NCBI GenBank assembly: GCA_965202625.1
Contig: CBDBBI010000010.1
Span: forward strand, 2,441,142 to 2,505,141
From: a bacterium
GTDB taxonomy: Bacteria; UBA8248
Direction of reading: 5' to 3'
DNA length: 64,000 nt
Below, in pieces: positions 46,306 through 56,112 of the stretch. Made by a program: the position numbers and the translations under genes. Below the pieces are notes generated by a model. It ran no database searches. It had not been told where the DNA came from and worked only from the letters and a program-made list of their open reading frames with translations. Position 1 is the first letter of the stretch. Each line of letters opens with the position of its first letter.

Positions 46306-46478
46306 GGTGCCGCGCGCATGAAGATAGGCGAGGAGACGGGGACGCTCGCTCCGGGCGACATCGCCCACATTCCGGCGAACGCGGTGCATTCCTGCGAAAT
46401 TCTCGGCGATGCGGACTACGTCTTCGTCACGGCGAAGGACACCTCATGAGGCATCGGGGGCGTGAAGGTTTGAGGGGG
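46306..46478 (+). pseudogene. duplicated 3' fragment of the bicupin gene (last ~55 codons; TGG->TGA nonsense 4 codons before native stop)
   Basis: Near-identical to 43838-44010; joined to the pdxH fragment across shared GGT(G/A)CCGCGCG microhomology. Confidence 0.8.
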
Positions 46479-46525
46479 GAGGTTTGTGAACCGCAAGCCC
46501 TGTCGGGTTTTGCTGGCTTGTTCAC

Positions 46526-47005
46526 TTAATTTGTTTTCCTTATCTTGATTGCTTCTTCCACTACATTTGATAAATGCGTTGAAATCCAGGCATATACTTC
46601 GTGGCTATTCCTTCCTGCCGGCTCATAACATTTGACCAAGTGTGAGAGATACAGAAAATCAAAAGGATTTTGCCCTTTTCCCGAACTATATCCTTGACTA
46701 TCTTTTAATCCATGAATATGGATACCCACGATGCCCATACCCTGTTTCCATGACTCTATTATTTCATAGTTAATCCATTTTCTGCCTGCGGTATTTGTTC
46801 CAACCAAAACAACAGTGCAAGATCTATACTGCATTTGCTCGTCAATCCACCGTTTTATAGCGTTTTCGCCGCCTCTTTTGACTTGCTCCCAACCGTTATC
46901 AGATGTTGGTTCGTTTCCCTCAATAACGCCTATATTGCGCACTTGGGCCACACGCCAACTGTCTGGCTTATAGTCAAAACTGTAGAACACTTGTCTTTTT
47001 GTCAT
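46526..47005 (-). CDS. TIR-like domain protein, Thoeris ThsB family (DUF1863-type)
   Basis: MTKRQVFYSFDYKPDSWRVAQVRNIG ... SCTVVLVGTNTAGRKWINYEIIESWKQGMGIVGIHIHGLKDSQGYSSGKGQNPFDFL matches ThsB block-for-block (KRVFFSFHY..D..RVN.VRN.W ... VLIG..T..R.WV.YEI..S...G..IIGIHI...KD..G...SKG.NPFD.L). Gene is markedly AT-rich relative to the chromosome. Alternative starts at 47029/47152. Confidence 0.8.
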   Translation of the reverse strand: MTKRQVFYSFDYKPDSWRVAQVRNIGVIEGNEPTSDNGWEQVKRGGENAIKRWIDEQMQYRSCTVVLVGTNTAGRKWINYEIIESWKQGMGIVGIHIHGLKDSQGYSSGKGQNPFDFLYLSHLVKCYEPAGRNSHEVYAWISTHLSNVVEEAIKIRKTN

Positions 47006-47129
47006 GACGGTTTTCCTTTTTATTCTCATGCTCCTCCACAATAAATTATTGCGAACACTAAAAAAATGAAGAAAAACTCCACCAAATAAAAAATGAAAAG
47101 AGTTTGAGAAAAAATAGCGGATGACCCGA

Positions 47130-47513
47130 CTACATTTCAGGTTTGTTTCCATGTTTCATCACGTCCATCTTGAAATCTGTATCGGATTGCACCCTGATCT
47201 CGTCATATACTTGCCGGAAAAGTCTTTCCTGCCAGAGAAAATATCCGTCCAGCCACCAGAACCCTATAACGGGTGGAATAAGGAGAAGAACAATAAACGG
47301 ATTTTGTATCTCGCTCCTTGCAGTCAAGACTATGGCGGCGACAATGACAGTCATGCTCCAATTTTTCACGAGAAAGGAGTTGTTGCCCAAACGGTTGATA
47401 ATGGCTTGGGTCATTTCCAGGTGTTTGATGACCTTCTCTGTGCCGTTCATATTCTCGCTCGCCGGCCAGCAATTTTCTGATTGAGGTTGGCGTTGCTCGT
47501 CTTTGTCTTTCAA
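47130..47513 (-). CDS. small 2-TM membrane protein (SLATT-like architecture), putative effector partner of the TIR protein
   Basis: 127 aa (TTG start; alternative ATG at 47450): amphipathic helix, TM1 WSMTVIVAAIVLTA, short loop, TM2 PFIVLLLIPPVIGFWWLDGYFLW, C-terminal helix; overlaps/abuts ThsB-like gene, same strand, same AT-rich block. Confidence 0.4.
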   Translation of the reverse strand: MKDKDEQRQPQSENCWPASENMNGTEKVIKHLEMTQAIINRLGNNSFLVKNWSMTVIVAAIVLTARSEIQNPFIVLLLIPPVIGFWWLDGYFLWQERLFRQVYDEIRVQSDTDFKMDVMKHGNKPEM

Positions 47514-47676
47514 GATTTGAGCGCAATCCCAAAAGCGAAACTACACCACGAAATCACATGGCTACTACAAAAGATATAGTGTTTGTCAAGTGCGCGCATA
47601 TACCGCATGTTTGATTTTGTTCTTTGTCCGCAGGGTGCAGCGCATAAAGGGATAGGCCCTCACGGGGCGAGGCGCT

Positions 47677-48372
47677 CTATCCGCCAGCCGCCGTCCGTCT
47701 CCAGGGCGTAGCGCACGCGGTCGTGGAGGCGGCTGTCCCTGTGCCGCCAGAACTCCACAGAACGGGGGTGAGGAGGTAGCCGCCCCAGCCCGGCGGCCTC
47801 GGTACCGCGCGGCCCGCGTATTTCTCCTCCGCCTCGCGCGCGCCTCGCTCAAGAAACGCCCTGTCGCGTATCGCGCGGCTCTGGGGGGAGGCCCACGCGC
47901 CTGTCTGGCTGCCGCGCGGGCGGGAGGCGAAATACGCGTCCGAGACTTCGGCGGGCAGTTTTTCGGTCACGCCCTCGGCGCGCACCTGCCGGCCCGCCTC
48001 TTTCCAGTGAAAGACGAGGGCGGCTCTGGGGTCGCCCTCCAGGTGTGCGGCCTTGTCGCTCTCGTAGTTGGTGAAAAAGAGAAAGCCCGGCGCATCGACC
48101 CCCAGAGTTTCCGGATCCTTATACAGGACGATCCGGGCGGCGGGAGCACCGTCCGGCTGGACGGTGGCGAGCGTCATCGCGTCTTCGCGGTGAATTCCCG
48201 CGCTTTGGGCCTGGGCGTACCAGCGGCGAAACTGTGTGATCGGGTCGCGCGCGACGCGTGCCGCATCCAGATCTTCTGCCGCCATCTTCCGAAGCAGATC
48301 GTCGTTCATGGCGCTCCTCTGCGGTGTTTGCGCATTCTCGGGCGCGTCGGCCCGCGTGGGGTTCTCGCCCAT
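47677..48372 (-). CDS. pdxH: pyridoxamine 5'-phosphate oxidase PdxH, with -1 frameshift ~35 codons before the native stop (native stop at 47650-47652)
   Basis: FMN-binding split-barrel motifs (ARIVLYKD..., [10 protein letters not shown], ...[11 protein letters not shown]); after [10 protein letters not shown] the frame departs from the conserved ...[12 protein letters not shown]...RLAP end, which is intact in the duplicate at 46161-46305 (GGGGCACGAGG there vs GGGGGTGAGG here). Confidence 0.75.
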   Translation of the reverse strand: MGENPTRADAPENAQTPQRSAMNDDLLRKMAAEDLDAARVARDPITQFRRWYAQAQSAGIHREDAMTLATVQPDGAPAARIVLYKDPETLGVDAPGFLFFTNYESDKAAHLEGDPRAALVFHWKEAGRQVRAEGVTEKLPAEVSDAYFASRPRGSQTGAWASPQSRAIRDRAFLERGAREAEEKYAGRAVPRPPGWGGYLLTPVLWSSGGTGTAASTTACATPWRRTAAGG

Positions 48373-48454
48373 CAGACGCCTCGCCCAGAGGCTGTCGGGT
48401 GCGAATGCGCCTTTTCCGCAAAGTCGAATTGCACAGGGACTCTCATCCGCAGCT

Positions 48455-49114
48455 CTAGACGTCGTTCCGGGCGGGATCGTTGGGGTGTGCCCTGTCCGGC
48501 ATGACGTAGGGAGGGCGCATCTCGAAAATCTCCCCCGTCCGACAGTATCTCGGGCCGCCCAGCCTGCCCACCGGCCCGAGTTTCGCCGGGTCGATGTATT
48601 TGCCCTCCCGCATCAAATCCTCCCGGACGTGCCACCTGAGTACCTCTCCGATGATCAGGTGCGTCACCCATTCATCGCCGAAGGGAATCATCCGCTCGAA
48701 GCGGCACTCCATCGCCACGGGCGCGTTCTTGAGGCGCGGGGCGTCCACCAGGTCGGAGGGGAGGGTTTCGAGGCCGACGGCCTCAAACTCGCTCTCCTCG
48801 GGAGCGTAATTCCCCGCGCTCTGGTTCATCGCCTCCTCCCAGCCGTTCGTCACCGTGTGAATGACGTAGCCTCTCGTCTCCATAATGTTGCGCGCGGTGT
48901 CCTTGGGCTTCTTCTCGCGCTCGCCGACGGAAATGGACGCCATGGGCGGATAGTGAGAGACCATGGTGAAGAAGCTGAAAGGGGCGAGATTGGGCACACC
49001 CGCCGCGCTCATCGTGCTCACCCAGGCGATGGGCCGGGGGACGACGGAGCCGATGAGCAGGCGATAGGTTTGCTGGTGATCCATCTCCTCGCTGTCGAAA
49101 ACGCGGTAGCCCAT
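48455..49114 (-). CDS. flavin reductase-like FMN-binding protein
   Basis: Flavin_Reduct fold motifs (LLIGSVVPRPIAWVST...PNLAPFSFF...); downstream of and co-directional with the LLM monooxygenase (two-component monooxygenase arrangement). Confidence 0.8.
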   Translation of the reverse strand: MGYRVFDSEEMDHQQTYRLLIGSVVPRPIAWVSTMSAAGVPNLAPFSFFTMVSHYPPMASISVGEREKKPKDTARNIMETRGYVIHTVTNGWEEAMNQSAGNYAPEESEFEAVGLETLPSDLVDAPRLKNAPVAMECRFERMIPFGDEWVTHLIIGEVLRWHVREDLMREGKYIDPAKLGPVGRLGGPRYCRTGEIFEMRPPYVMPDRAHPNDPARNDV

Positions 49115-49117
49115 CGT

Positions 49118-50257
49118 TCATCCTTTCGTTGAAAGGGCGGGGGACGCACCCGCCCCGTCCGCATAGGCGAGTCGTGCGGGCCGGGTGTCCTTCAACAGCG
49201 GCATGACCTCACGACCGAAAATCTCCGCCTCCTCCAGATGCGGCCAGCCGGAGAGGATGAAGTTCCCAACGCCCAGAGCGACGTATTCCCTGAGTGCGTC
49301 GGCCACCATCTCGGGCGTGCCCACCAGGGTGGCGGCGGCACCCGAACGCACCTTGTTCACCCCCATCCAGAGGGTGTCCGTCAGCCAGGGGGAGCCGCCC
49401 TCGGAGAGGGCGTTCATGCGTCGCTGGCCCTCGCTCTCGGAGTGGTTGCGCTGATCCGCCCAGACGCGCGTGTTCTCGATCGCGCTGTCGGCGATTAACG
49501 CCTCCGCCGCGCGGCGGGCCTCTTTTTTGCTCTCACGGCAGAGCACGTGCAGGCGCAGGCCGAAGCGCAAGTCCTCGCGCCCGCGCGCCTGGGCGCGGCA
49601 CCGCATGTCCGATACGTCCTCGGCGACCTGGCCCGGCGCCACCGCCCACATCATGTGCACGTCGGCGTGCTTGGCGCCCACGCGCCGCCCCGCCTCCGAG
49701 CTGCCGCCCAGATATATCGCGGGATGCGGCCTGGAGACCGCCCGGGCGTAGAGGGCGGCGTTCTCGATTTTGTAGTATCGGCCCGCGTGGCTGACCGGCT
49801 CCTCGCTCCTCCAGAGCGCCTTGATGACGTCGAGATATTCCTCCGTCCGCGCGTAGCGCTCCTCGTGCGCGAGATGATCGCCGTATCGCTTTTGATCCAG
49901 AGGGGTCGAGCCGGTCACGACGTTCACCGTCAGCCGCCCGCCCGTGATGGCGTCGTAGGTGTTCGCCTGCTGGGCGGTGAGTACGGGGCTCATCAGTCCG
50001 GGGCGGAAGGCCACGCAGAACCTGATGCGCTCGGTGTGCCCGGCGACGGCCAGGGTGATCATCCAGGCGTCGAGGCAGTGGGAACCGGTCGGAACGAGGA
50101 GGTTCACGAAGCCGGCACTCTCCGCCGCGCGCGCCACCTCTGTGAGGTATTCCACGGTGGGAGGACGCTCGGGAACCCTGGCGTTGATCTTCCGCCCGTC
50201 GCCGTATCTGCCCGTCGGAAGAAACCATGCGTATTCCGTGGACGCCTCCGTAGGCAT
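49118..50257 (-). CDS. LLM-class flavin-dependent monooxygenase (luciferase-like; SsuD/SfnG-type)
   Basis: 379-aa TIM-barrel LLM motifs (WFLPT...DAWM..., ...ILSGWPHLEE...); the ORF-track 977-aa ORF is an antisense read-through of ftsH and is trimmed to the ATG with GAGGG RBS. Confidence 0.8.
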   Translation of the reverse strand: MPTEASTEYAWFLPTGRYGDGRKINARVPERPPTVEYLTEVARAAESAGFVNLLVPTGSHCLDAWMITLAVAGHTERIRFCVAFRPGLMSPVLTAQQANTYDAITGGRLTVNVVTGSTPLDQKRYGDHLAHEERYARTEEYLDVIKALWRSEEPVSHAGRYYKIENAALYARAVSRPHPAIYLGGSSEAGRRVGAKHADVHMMWAVAPGQVAEDVSDMRCRAQARGREDLRFGLRLHVLCRESKKEARRAAEALIADSAIENTRVWADQRNHSESEGQRRMNALSEGGSPWLTDTLWMGVNKVRSGAAATLVGTPEMVADALREYVALGVGNFILSGWPHLEEAEIFGREVMPLLKDTRPARLAYADGAGASPALSTKG

Positions 50258-50488
50258 GGAACCCTCTGCCCCCCGCGCGGGAACGATGCAAAAAGGCGGC
50301 CCGCTTCCAGCCCCCCGCGCCCTGAAAATATGAAAAGAATCGCCTCCATCATTAAGGACGAATAGGGTGCGGGACGCAAGCGCGTCGCCGTCCCCGCCAA
50401 ATTCCCGTATCCATGGGAGTCTGCTATATTCGGGGAGAGGCGCGCGCCGGGTGCGCGCATCCGCCGCTTTTCCCCGAAGGAGGGGACG

Positions 50489-52330
50489 ATGAACAAAAAA
50501 ACGCAATTCTCCATCGGCTATTTCCTCTTCATCTTCGTCATCATGTCCTTGATTCACTCCCTGTTCTTTCAGGGTGCCCGATACCAGCGGATTCCCTACA
50601 ACGAGTTTCGCGCCATGGTGAAGGAGGGGGAGGTGGAGCGGGTGGACATCAGGGGAGATCGTCTTCAGGGCGTTCTCAGAAAGCGCGATGCGAACGACCG
50701 GCAGCGCTTCTTCGAGACGGCGAAAGTGGCGGACACCGAGCTCATCAACCTTCTGGAGGGTGCGGGCGTCACCTTTCAGGGCCAGTTCGATCCGCCCTGG
50801 CTGGTGCGGATGCTCACGAGCTGGGTACTGCCTCTCGGAATTCTCTTCGCCATCTACTTCTTCGTGCTGCGGCGCATGGGGCCGGGCCAGGGGGTGATGG
50901 CTTTTGGCCGGAACAAGGCGAAGATATACGCGGAGAAAGAGGTGGACGCGCGCTTCTCCGACGTGGCGGGGGTGGACGAGGCGAAGGAGGAGCTCGCCGA
51001 GGTGGTGGATTATCTGAAAAACCCGGACCGCTATTTGCGGCTGGGCGGAAAGATTCCGCGCGGCGTCCTGCTGGTGGGTCCGCCCGGCTGCGGGAAGACG
51101 CTGATGGCGAAGGCCGTGGCGGGCGAGGCGGGCGTCTTTTTCTTCAGCATCAGCGGCTCGGAGTTCGTGGAGATGTTCGTGGGCCTGGGCGCTGCGCGCG
51201 TGCGCGATTTGTTCGAGCAGGCGATGGAGAAGGCCCCCTGCATCGTGTTCATCGACGAGCTCGACGCGCTGGGCAAGGCGCGCGGCGTGGGAAACCTGAT
51301 GGGCGGCCACGACGAGCGCGAGCAGACGCTGAACCAGCTTCTCGTCGAGATGGACGGCTTCGACACCCGCAAGGGGGTCATCATCATGGCGGCGACGAAC
51401 CGGCCGGAGATTCTCGACCCCGCCCTCCTGCGTCCGGGGCGCTTCGACAGGCAGGTGCTCGTGGACAAACCGGATTTGATCGGCAGGCGCCACATTCTGG
51501 AGGTGCACACCAGAACGTTGACCAAGGGGGCGGACGTGGACGTGCAAAGGCTCGCCGAGATGACGCCGGGCCTCTCGGGTGCGGACCTCGCCAACCTGGC
51601 GAACGAGGCCGCCCTGCTCGCCGCGCGCCATGACAGGGACGCGGTGATGATGGCCGACTTCGAGGAGGCGTTCGAGCGCGTGGCGGCCGGGCTGGAGAAG
51701 AAATCCCGCGTCATGACGACCGAGGAGCGCCGCCGCGTGGCCTATCACGAGTTGGGCCACGCCATGACGGCCGAGCTCGTGGGCACGGCGGACCCGGTAC
51801 AGAAGGTCTCGATCATCCCCAGGGGGCTGGCCGCCCTGGGCTACACCTTGCAGCGCCCGACGGAGGACAGGTATCTGCTCTCGAAGAAGGAACTGGAAGA
51901 TCGGATCGCCGTGCTCCTGGCGGGCCGCGCGGCGGAGGAGGCGGTTTTTGACGAGGTCTCCACGGGTGCGCAAAACGACCTCCAGCGCGCCACCGACATG
52001 GCGCGCTCCATGGTGACCGAATACGGCATGAGCGCGCGCTTCGGCCCCCACGCCCTGCGCGTCGCGTCGCGCCCGCTGTTTCTGGGCGGGGCGATGAACG
52101 GCGCCTCGGGGGATGCCGACATCAGCGAGGCGACCCGGCGCGAGGTGGACGAGGAGGTGGAAAAGATACTGGACGGGGCGTATGCGCGCGCGATGGGGAT
52201 ATTGCGGGAGCGGCGCGACGATCTGGAAGCCCTCGCCGCGCGATTGCTGAATCAGGAAACCATCGGCGGAGACGAGTTGCGGGCTGTGCTCAGAGCGGGG
52301 GAGGACGCCCGGGGCGGGGCAGGGCCTTAG
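50489..52330 (+). CDS. ftsH: ATP-dependent zinc metalloprotease FtsH
   Basis: N-terminal TM, AAA module ([24 protein letters not shown]..., SRF), HEXXH zinc site (HELGHA). Confidence 0.95.
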   Translation: MNKKTQFSIGYFLFIFVIMSLIHSLFFQGARYQRIPYNEFRAMVKEGEVERVDIRGDRLQGVLRKRDANDRQRFFETAKVADTELINLLEGAGVTFQGQFDPPWLVRMLTSWVLPLGILFAIYFFVLRRMGPGQGVMAFGRNKAKIYAEKEVDARFSDVAGVDEAKEELAEVVDYLKNPDRYLRLGGKIPRGVLLVGPPGCGKTLMAKAVAGEAGVFFFSISGSEFVEMFVGLGAARVRDLFEQAMEKAPCIVFIDELDALGKARGVGNLMGGHDEREQTLNQLLVEMDGFDTRKGVIIMAATNRPEILDPALLRPGRFDRQVLVDKPDLIGRRHILEVHTRTLTKGADVDVQRLAEMTPGLSGADLANLANEAALLAARHDRDAVMMADFEEAFERVAAGLEKKSRVMTTEERRRVAYHELGHAMTAELVGTADPVQKVSIIPRGLAALGYTLQRPTEDRYLLSKKELEDRIAVLLAGRAAEEAVFDEVSTGAQNDLQRATDMARSMVTEYGMSARFGPHALRVASRPLFLGGAMNGASGDADISEATRREVDEEVEKILDGAYARAMGILRERRDDLEALAARLLNQETIGGDELRAVLRAGEDARGGAGP

Positions 52331-52359
52331 CGTCCCGCGTCATCTTATGCGTGAAATTC

Positions 52360-53532
52360 TCACCCCCCATCGCTCAGCGTGAACGCGGCGTCCGCCGCCG
52401 GTATATAGGTCTCCGGAAGCCCCAACTCCTTTTTCACGATGTTCGTCCCCCTGGCGAGGGCCACCATCTTGTAGAAGGCGTGGCGGCGGCTCATGCCCTC
52501 CCGGCCGAAGCCGCAGTCCGTGGAGATGCAGAGCCGCTCGGCGGGAATCGCCTCAAGCCCCTTGCGGATGAGGGCGGCCACCTCCTCGGGACGCTCCACC
52601 TGCAGTCCCCGATGGTTGATGACCCCGATCGCCACCTTGGGCCTGGTGATGCGCTTTCCGATCTCCGCCAGGTCCATTCCCCCCGTGCTCGCACACTCGA
52701 ACGTCAGCACGTCCACGTCCAGCCCGTTCATGTGCTCCAGGGCGGGGGCGTAGCTTTTTGAGGATTCATAAAACCTCTGCTGGGCGGGGTTGCCCCAGCA
52801 GGTGTGGCACCACAGCTCGAGCTTCTCCCTGAGGCCCGCCACGCTCTTGTTGAACGCCTCGACGTAGAACGCCATCGACATCTCCGCATCCTCCGCGTGA
52901 AAGTCGAAGCGGTGTACCCAGGGTTCCTCCACCTGAAAAATTTTGCAGCCCGCATCCGCCAGGCGGTGGAATTCCGCGCGCATGACGCGGCACAGATCCA
53001 GACAAAGCTCCCGCCTGTCGTCGTAGAACTCGTTCGATGCGATGGATTCGAGGCAATCCGCGCTGATGGAGCCGAACTTGAGGGGTTTTTCCGTCATCGC
53101 TTGCGCACAGCGCCACATCTGGGCGTATTCGAGGGGGCCTGCACCCACTCTGGCCGTGACCCTGGGGAGCATTCGGGCCTCCAGTACCTCGAACATGATC
53201 TCTCCGGGGACGGAGCCTCCCCAGGCGGCGTGGCTTCTCGACGTTTCACGTCCCGAGAAGCCCTCCAGCCTGTCGACGACGTAGCCCACCCAGTCGCGTC
53301 CGCCCACGTTGGCGTCGAAGCGCGCGTCCCCGTCCGTCACGATGTCCAGCCCCGCGCGCTCCTGGTCCCGAATGACGCAGGATACGTTGTCGAGATACTG
53401 CTCCCGGAAGTCCGCGTCGATCATCGCCTCCCGAAACGACCTCCTGCCGATGTTCTGGCGAAACCAGCCGGGCCGGGGCAGGGAGCCCGTGATGGTGGTG
53501 GGCAGTATGGCGTCCTTTGTGGCGGTGTACAT
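52360..53532 (-). CDS. cobalamin-independent methionine synthase (MetE) C-terminal-domain family protein
   Basis: LPTTITGSLPRPGW and following (UROD/MetE-like) TIM-barrel motifs; 390 aa single-domain homolog. Confidence 0.7.
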   Translation of the reverse strand: MYTATKDAILPTTITGSLPRPGWFRQNIGRRSFREAMIDADFREQYLDNVSCVIRDQERAGLDIVTDGDARFDANVGGRDWVGYVVDRLEGFSGRETSRSHAAWGGSVPGEIMFEVLEARMLPRVTARVGAGPLEYAQMWRCAQAMTEKPLKFGSISADCLESIASNEFYDDRRELCLDLCRVMRAEFHRLADAGCKIFQVEEPWVHRFDFHAEDAEMSMAFYVEAFNKSVAGLREKLELWCHTCWGNPAQQRFYESSKSYAPALEHMNGLDVDVLTFECASTGGMDLAEIGKRITRPKVAIGVINHRGLQVERPEEVAALIRKGLEAIPAERLCISTDCGFGREGMSRRHAFYKMVALARGTNIVKKELGLPETYIPAADAAFTLSDGG

Positions 53533-53620
53533 CTCGGGTTCCTCCCCTCAAATTGTTCGCGTCGCGTCTGGAAGGTCCGGCCCGCTCCGCTCTGGCCGCC
53601 TCCTGTATTCCGCGCGTCCC

Positions 53621-54616
53621 TTAGAGCCGCATGAGCCGCGCCGGCGTGGCGCGCAGGATTTTCTCCTGCGCCTCCCCGGAGAGGCCCGCCCCCTCCACGA
53701 AATCCACCACGCGCTCCTGCATCATGTCGTAGGGGTAGTCCGTGCCGCAGACGACGCGCTCCGCTCCCACCTCCTCGACCATCCACCTGAGCGCGGAGGG
53801 GTTGAAGGTGATGACGTCGAAATAGAGGTTCCTGAAGTAGTGGCGCGGCGGATGCGGAGTGAGTGCCCTCGTCTCCGGACGCGCCTCCCAGGCGTGCTGT
53901 ATGCGGCCAATCGCCCAGGGGAGGTTTCCGCCGGCGTGGGCGAGCAGTACCTCGAGGTTCGGGTAGCGCTCGAAGTGCCCCGAGAGGATGAGCCTCGTCG
54001 CCGCGATGGTGGTGGCGAGCGGGTTGCCGACGCAGTTCGCCATGTAGAAGGGATACAGCGGCTTGAAGTCCGCAAAATCAGGGTGAATGAACACCAGCGC
54101 GCCGAGCCTCTCCGCGGCGGCCCAGAATTCCTCGTATTGCGGCTCATCGAGCGCGTGGGCACCGATGCGATCGGAGATGATGCAGCCGAGCAGCCCCCGC
54201 TCCATGGCGCGGGCGAGCTCGGCCGCCGCCGCCTCGCCCCCGTTCTGCATGGGCAGGTTGCAAAGGCCCCGGAAATGATCGGCGTTCTTGCGGCAGAACT
54301 CGGCCACGCCGTCGTTTTGCGTCCTGATGATCGCCTCCCCCTCTCTTCCGCCTATCCAGTAGTAAAAGGTGGGCGGAGGGGGGGAGACCAGCGCCATGTC
54401 GAGGCGGTCCGCCCGCATGTCGCGCAGCTTTCGATCCACGTCGGCGAGCTGCGTCCCCCAGTGCTCCCGCGTCATCTTGGCGTTGTATCGAGAGGAGACC
54501 GGCGGAAAGAACCCCTCGAAACTGTCGGCGTGCTGGGGACGGCTTTCGCGCTGCTTGGCGGCGCGCTCCTCCGCTTCGTGAACGTAGATGTGATGGTGCA
54601 GGTCGATGTTGGGCAA
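53621..54616 (-). CDS. amidohydrolase-2 family metal-dependent hydrolase (paralog of 9381..10364)
   Basis: IDLHHHIY metal-binding start, ...GTDYPYDM C-terminal motif. Confidence 0.75.
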   Translation of the reverse strand: MPNIDLHHHIYVHEAEERAAKQRESRPQHADSFEGFFPPVSSRYNAKMTREHWGTQLADVDRKLRDMRADRLDMALVSPPPPTFYYWIGGREGEAIIRTQNDGVAEFCRKNADHFRGLCNLPMQNGGEAAAAELARAMERGLLGCIISDRIGAHALDEPQYEEFWAAAERLGALVFIHPDFADFKPLYPFYMANCVGNPLATTIAATRLILSGHFERYPNLEVLLAHAGGNLPWAIGRIQHAWEARPETRALTPHPPRHYFRNLYFDVITFNPSALRWMVEEVGAERVVCGTDYPYDMMQERVVDFVEGAGLSGEAQEKILRATPARLMRL

Positions 54617-54900
54617 AAGGGCTTCCTCCGTTTGGGGGTGCTTGGGGGGCGTCGTCGCGCCCGCCTGGTTGTCGAGGCGAATATCGATCTGGCCCAGAGG
54701 GTAGAATCTGGGGCTTTTGGCGTCAATCCATGCTGCGGTCTCTGGTTTGACGCCCCCGCTTCAGGGTGAGAAACTGTAATTCGCTCATTCGCGCGTGCGA
54801 GGACGTTCGTTGTCTTGTCATGCGGAGGTTGCGGGCTTTCGGGTTTGCGCGCGGAATCGGACAGGTTCGCGCACCTTGTGGGGAGGAGATTTTCCGCCTG

Positions 54901-55254
54901 ATGGAGGATGGCGAGCAAGTGAACCAAGAGGACGCTCCGCCGCTCCCGCGCTCTTATAAGGGGTTGCGCGCCCTGCAGGCGGAGTTCGCGCGGTATCAGG
55001 CGGAGGCGTTTCCCGAACGCGCGCCCCGGTTTTTCGCCCTGGAGCTGGCGGGCGAGACGGGCGAGCTCGCCAATCTCGAGAAAAAGGAATGGAAGGGCCG
55101 CAGGGTGGACGCGGCGGCCTATACAGACGAGGCGGCGGATGTCATGATCGCCGTGATGAACTACGCCAACGCGCGGGGGATCGACCTGGGTGCGGCCGTA
55201 TCTGCGAAGATGGCCGAAATCGAGCGCAGAAGAGGGCGGGACCCCGAAAAATAA
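54901..55254 (+). CDS. MazG-like nucleotide pyrophosphohydrolase
   Basis: EFARYQAEAFP...LAGETGELANLEKK...DEAADVMIAVMNYANARGIDL is the MazG/NTP-PPase EExxE...D motif set; start uncertain (ORF opens at 54766). Confidence 0.55.
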   Translation: MEDGEQVNQEDAPPLPRSYKGLRALQAEFARYQAEAFPERAPRFFALELAGETGELANLEKKEWKGRRVDAAAYTDEAADVMIAVMNYANARGIDLGAAVSAKMAEIERRRGRDPEK

Positions 55255-55302
55255 GCCGCCGGACCGATTTTTCCAGAACCGACGAAAGGGGATGAAACTC
55301 CA

Positions 55303-56112
55303 ATGCCAGGTCTTCCGACCGACTCCGCCGACCTCGCCGACGTGCAGGCGGGCTCCGATGCGCGCAACGTCAAGATAGACAAGGTGGGCGTCAAGAACAT
55401 CCGCTATCCCATCGTGGTGAAGGACAGGGCGAAGGAGGCCCAGCACACCATCGGCAACATCAACATGTACGTGGACCTGCCGCACCACTTCAAGGGCACC
55501 CACATGAGCCGCTTTCTGGAGGTGCTGAACGAGCACATCGACGCGATCAGCGTGGACGGCGTGCCGTCCATATTGCGGACGATTCGGGAGCGCCTCGACG
55601 CGGAGACGGCGCATTTCTCGGTATCCTTCCCCTATTTCATGGAAAAGGCGGCTCCGGTGTCGGGTGCGGAGGGCTTGATGGCGCTCGAGTGCGGCTTCGA
55701 CGCCTCCTCGGGTGCGGTGGACGACTTCATTCTGGGCATCATGGTGCGCATCGCTACGCTGTGTCCGTGCTCGAAGGAGATCAGCCTGCGCGGGGCGCAC
55801 AACCAAAGGGGACACGTGCGCATCAAGGTGCGCTTCGACGGCGAGTTCTGGATAGAGGAGCTCGTGGAGATCGCCGAGAACGCGGGCAGCTGCGCACTCT
55901 ATCCGATACTCAAGCGCGAGGACGAGAAGTTCGTCACCGAAACGGCGTTCGACAACCCGCGCTTCGTGGAGGACGTGGTGCGCGAGGCTGCCCTTCTGCT
56001 CAGAGACGACAAGCGCATCAGATGGTTTCAGGTGGAGGTGGAGAATTTTGAATCCATCCACGATCACAACGCCTACGCCTTCGTCGAGGAGACGGTGAGA
56101 CGCGAGGGGTAG
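55303..56112 (+). CDS. folE2: GTP cyclohydrolase FolE2/MptA (type IB)
   Basis: DVQAGSDARNVKIDKVGVKNIRYPIVV...LPHHFKGTHMSRF...CPCSKEIS signature of FolE2. Confidence 0.85.
   Translation: MPGLPTDSADLADVQAGSDARNVKIDKVGVKNIRYPIVVKDRAKEAQHTIGNINMYVDLPHHFKGTHMSRFLEVLNEHIDAISVDGVPSILRTIRERLDAETAHFSVSFPYFMEKAAPVSGAEGLMALECGFDASSGAVDDFILGIMVRIATLCPCSKEISLRGAHNQRGHVRIKVRFDGEFWIEELVEIAENAGSCALYPILKREDEKFVTETAFDNPRFVEDVVREAALLLRDDKRIRWFQVEVENFESIHDHNAYAFVEETVRREG

Noticed and set aside
49118-52051. 977-aa minus-strand ORF
   Set aside because: Only the last 379 codons are a bona fide LLM monooxygenase; the remainder is the antisense of ftsH in a high-GC region.
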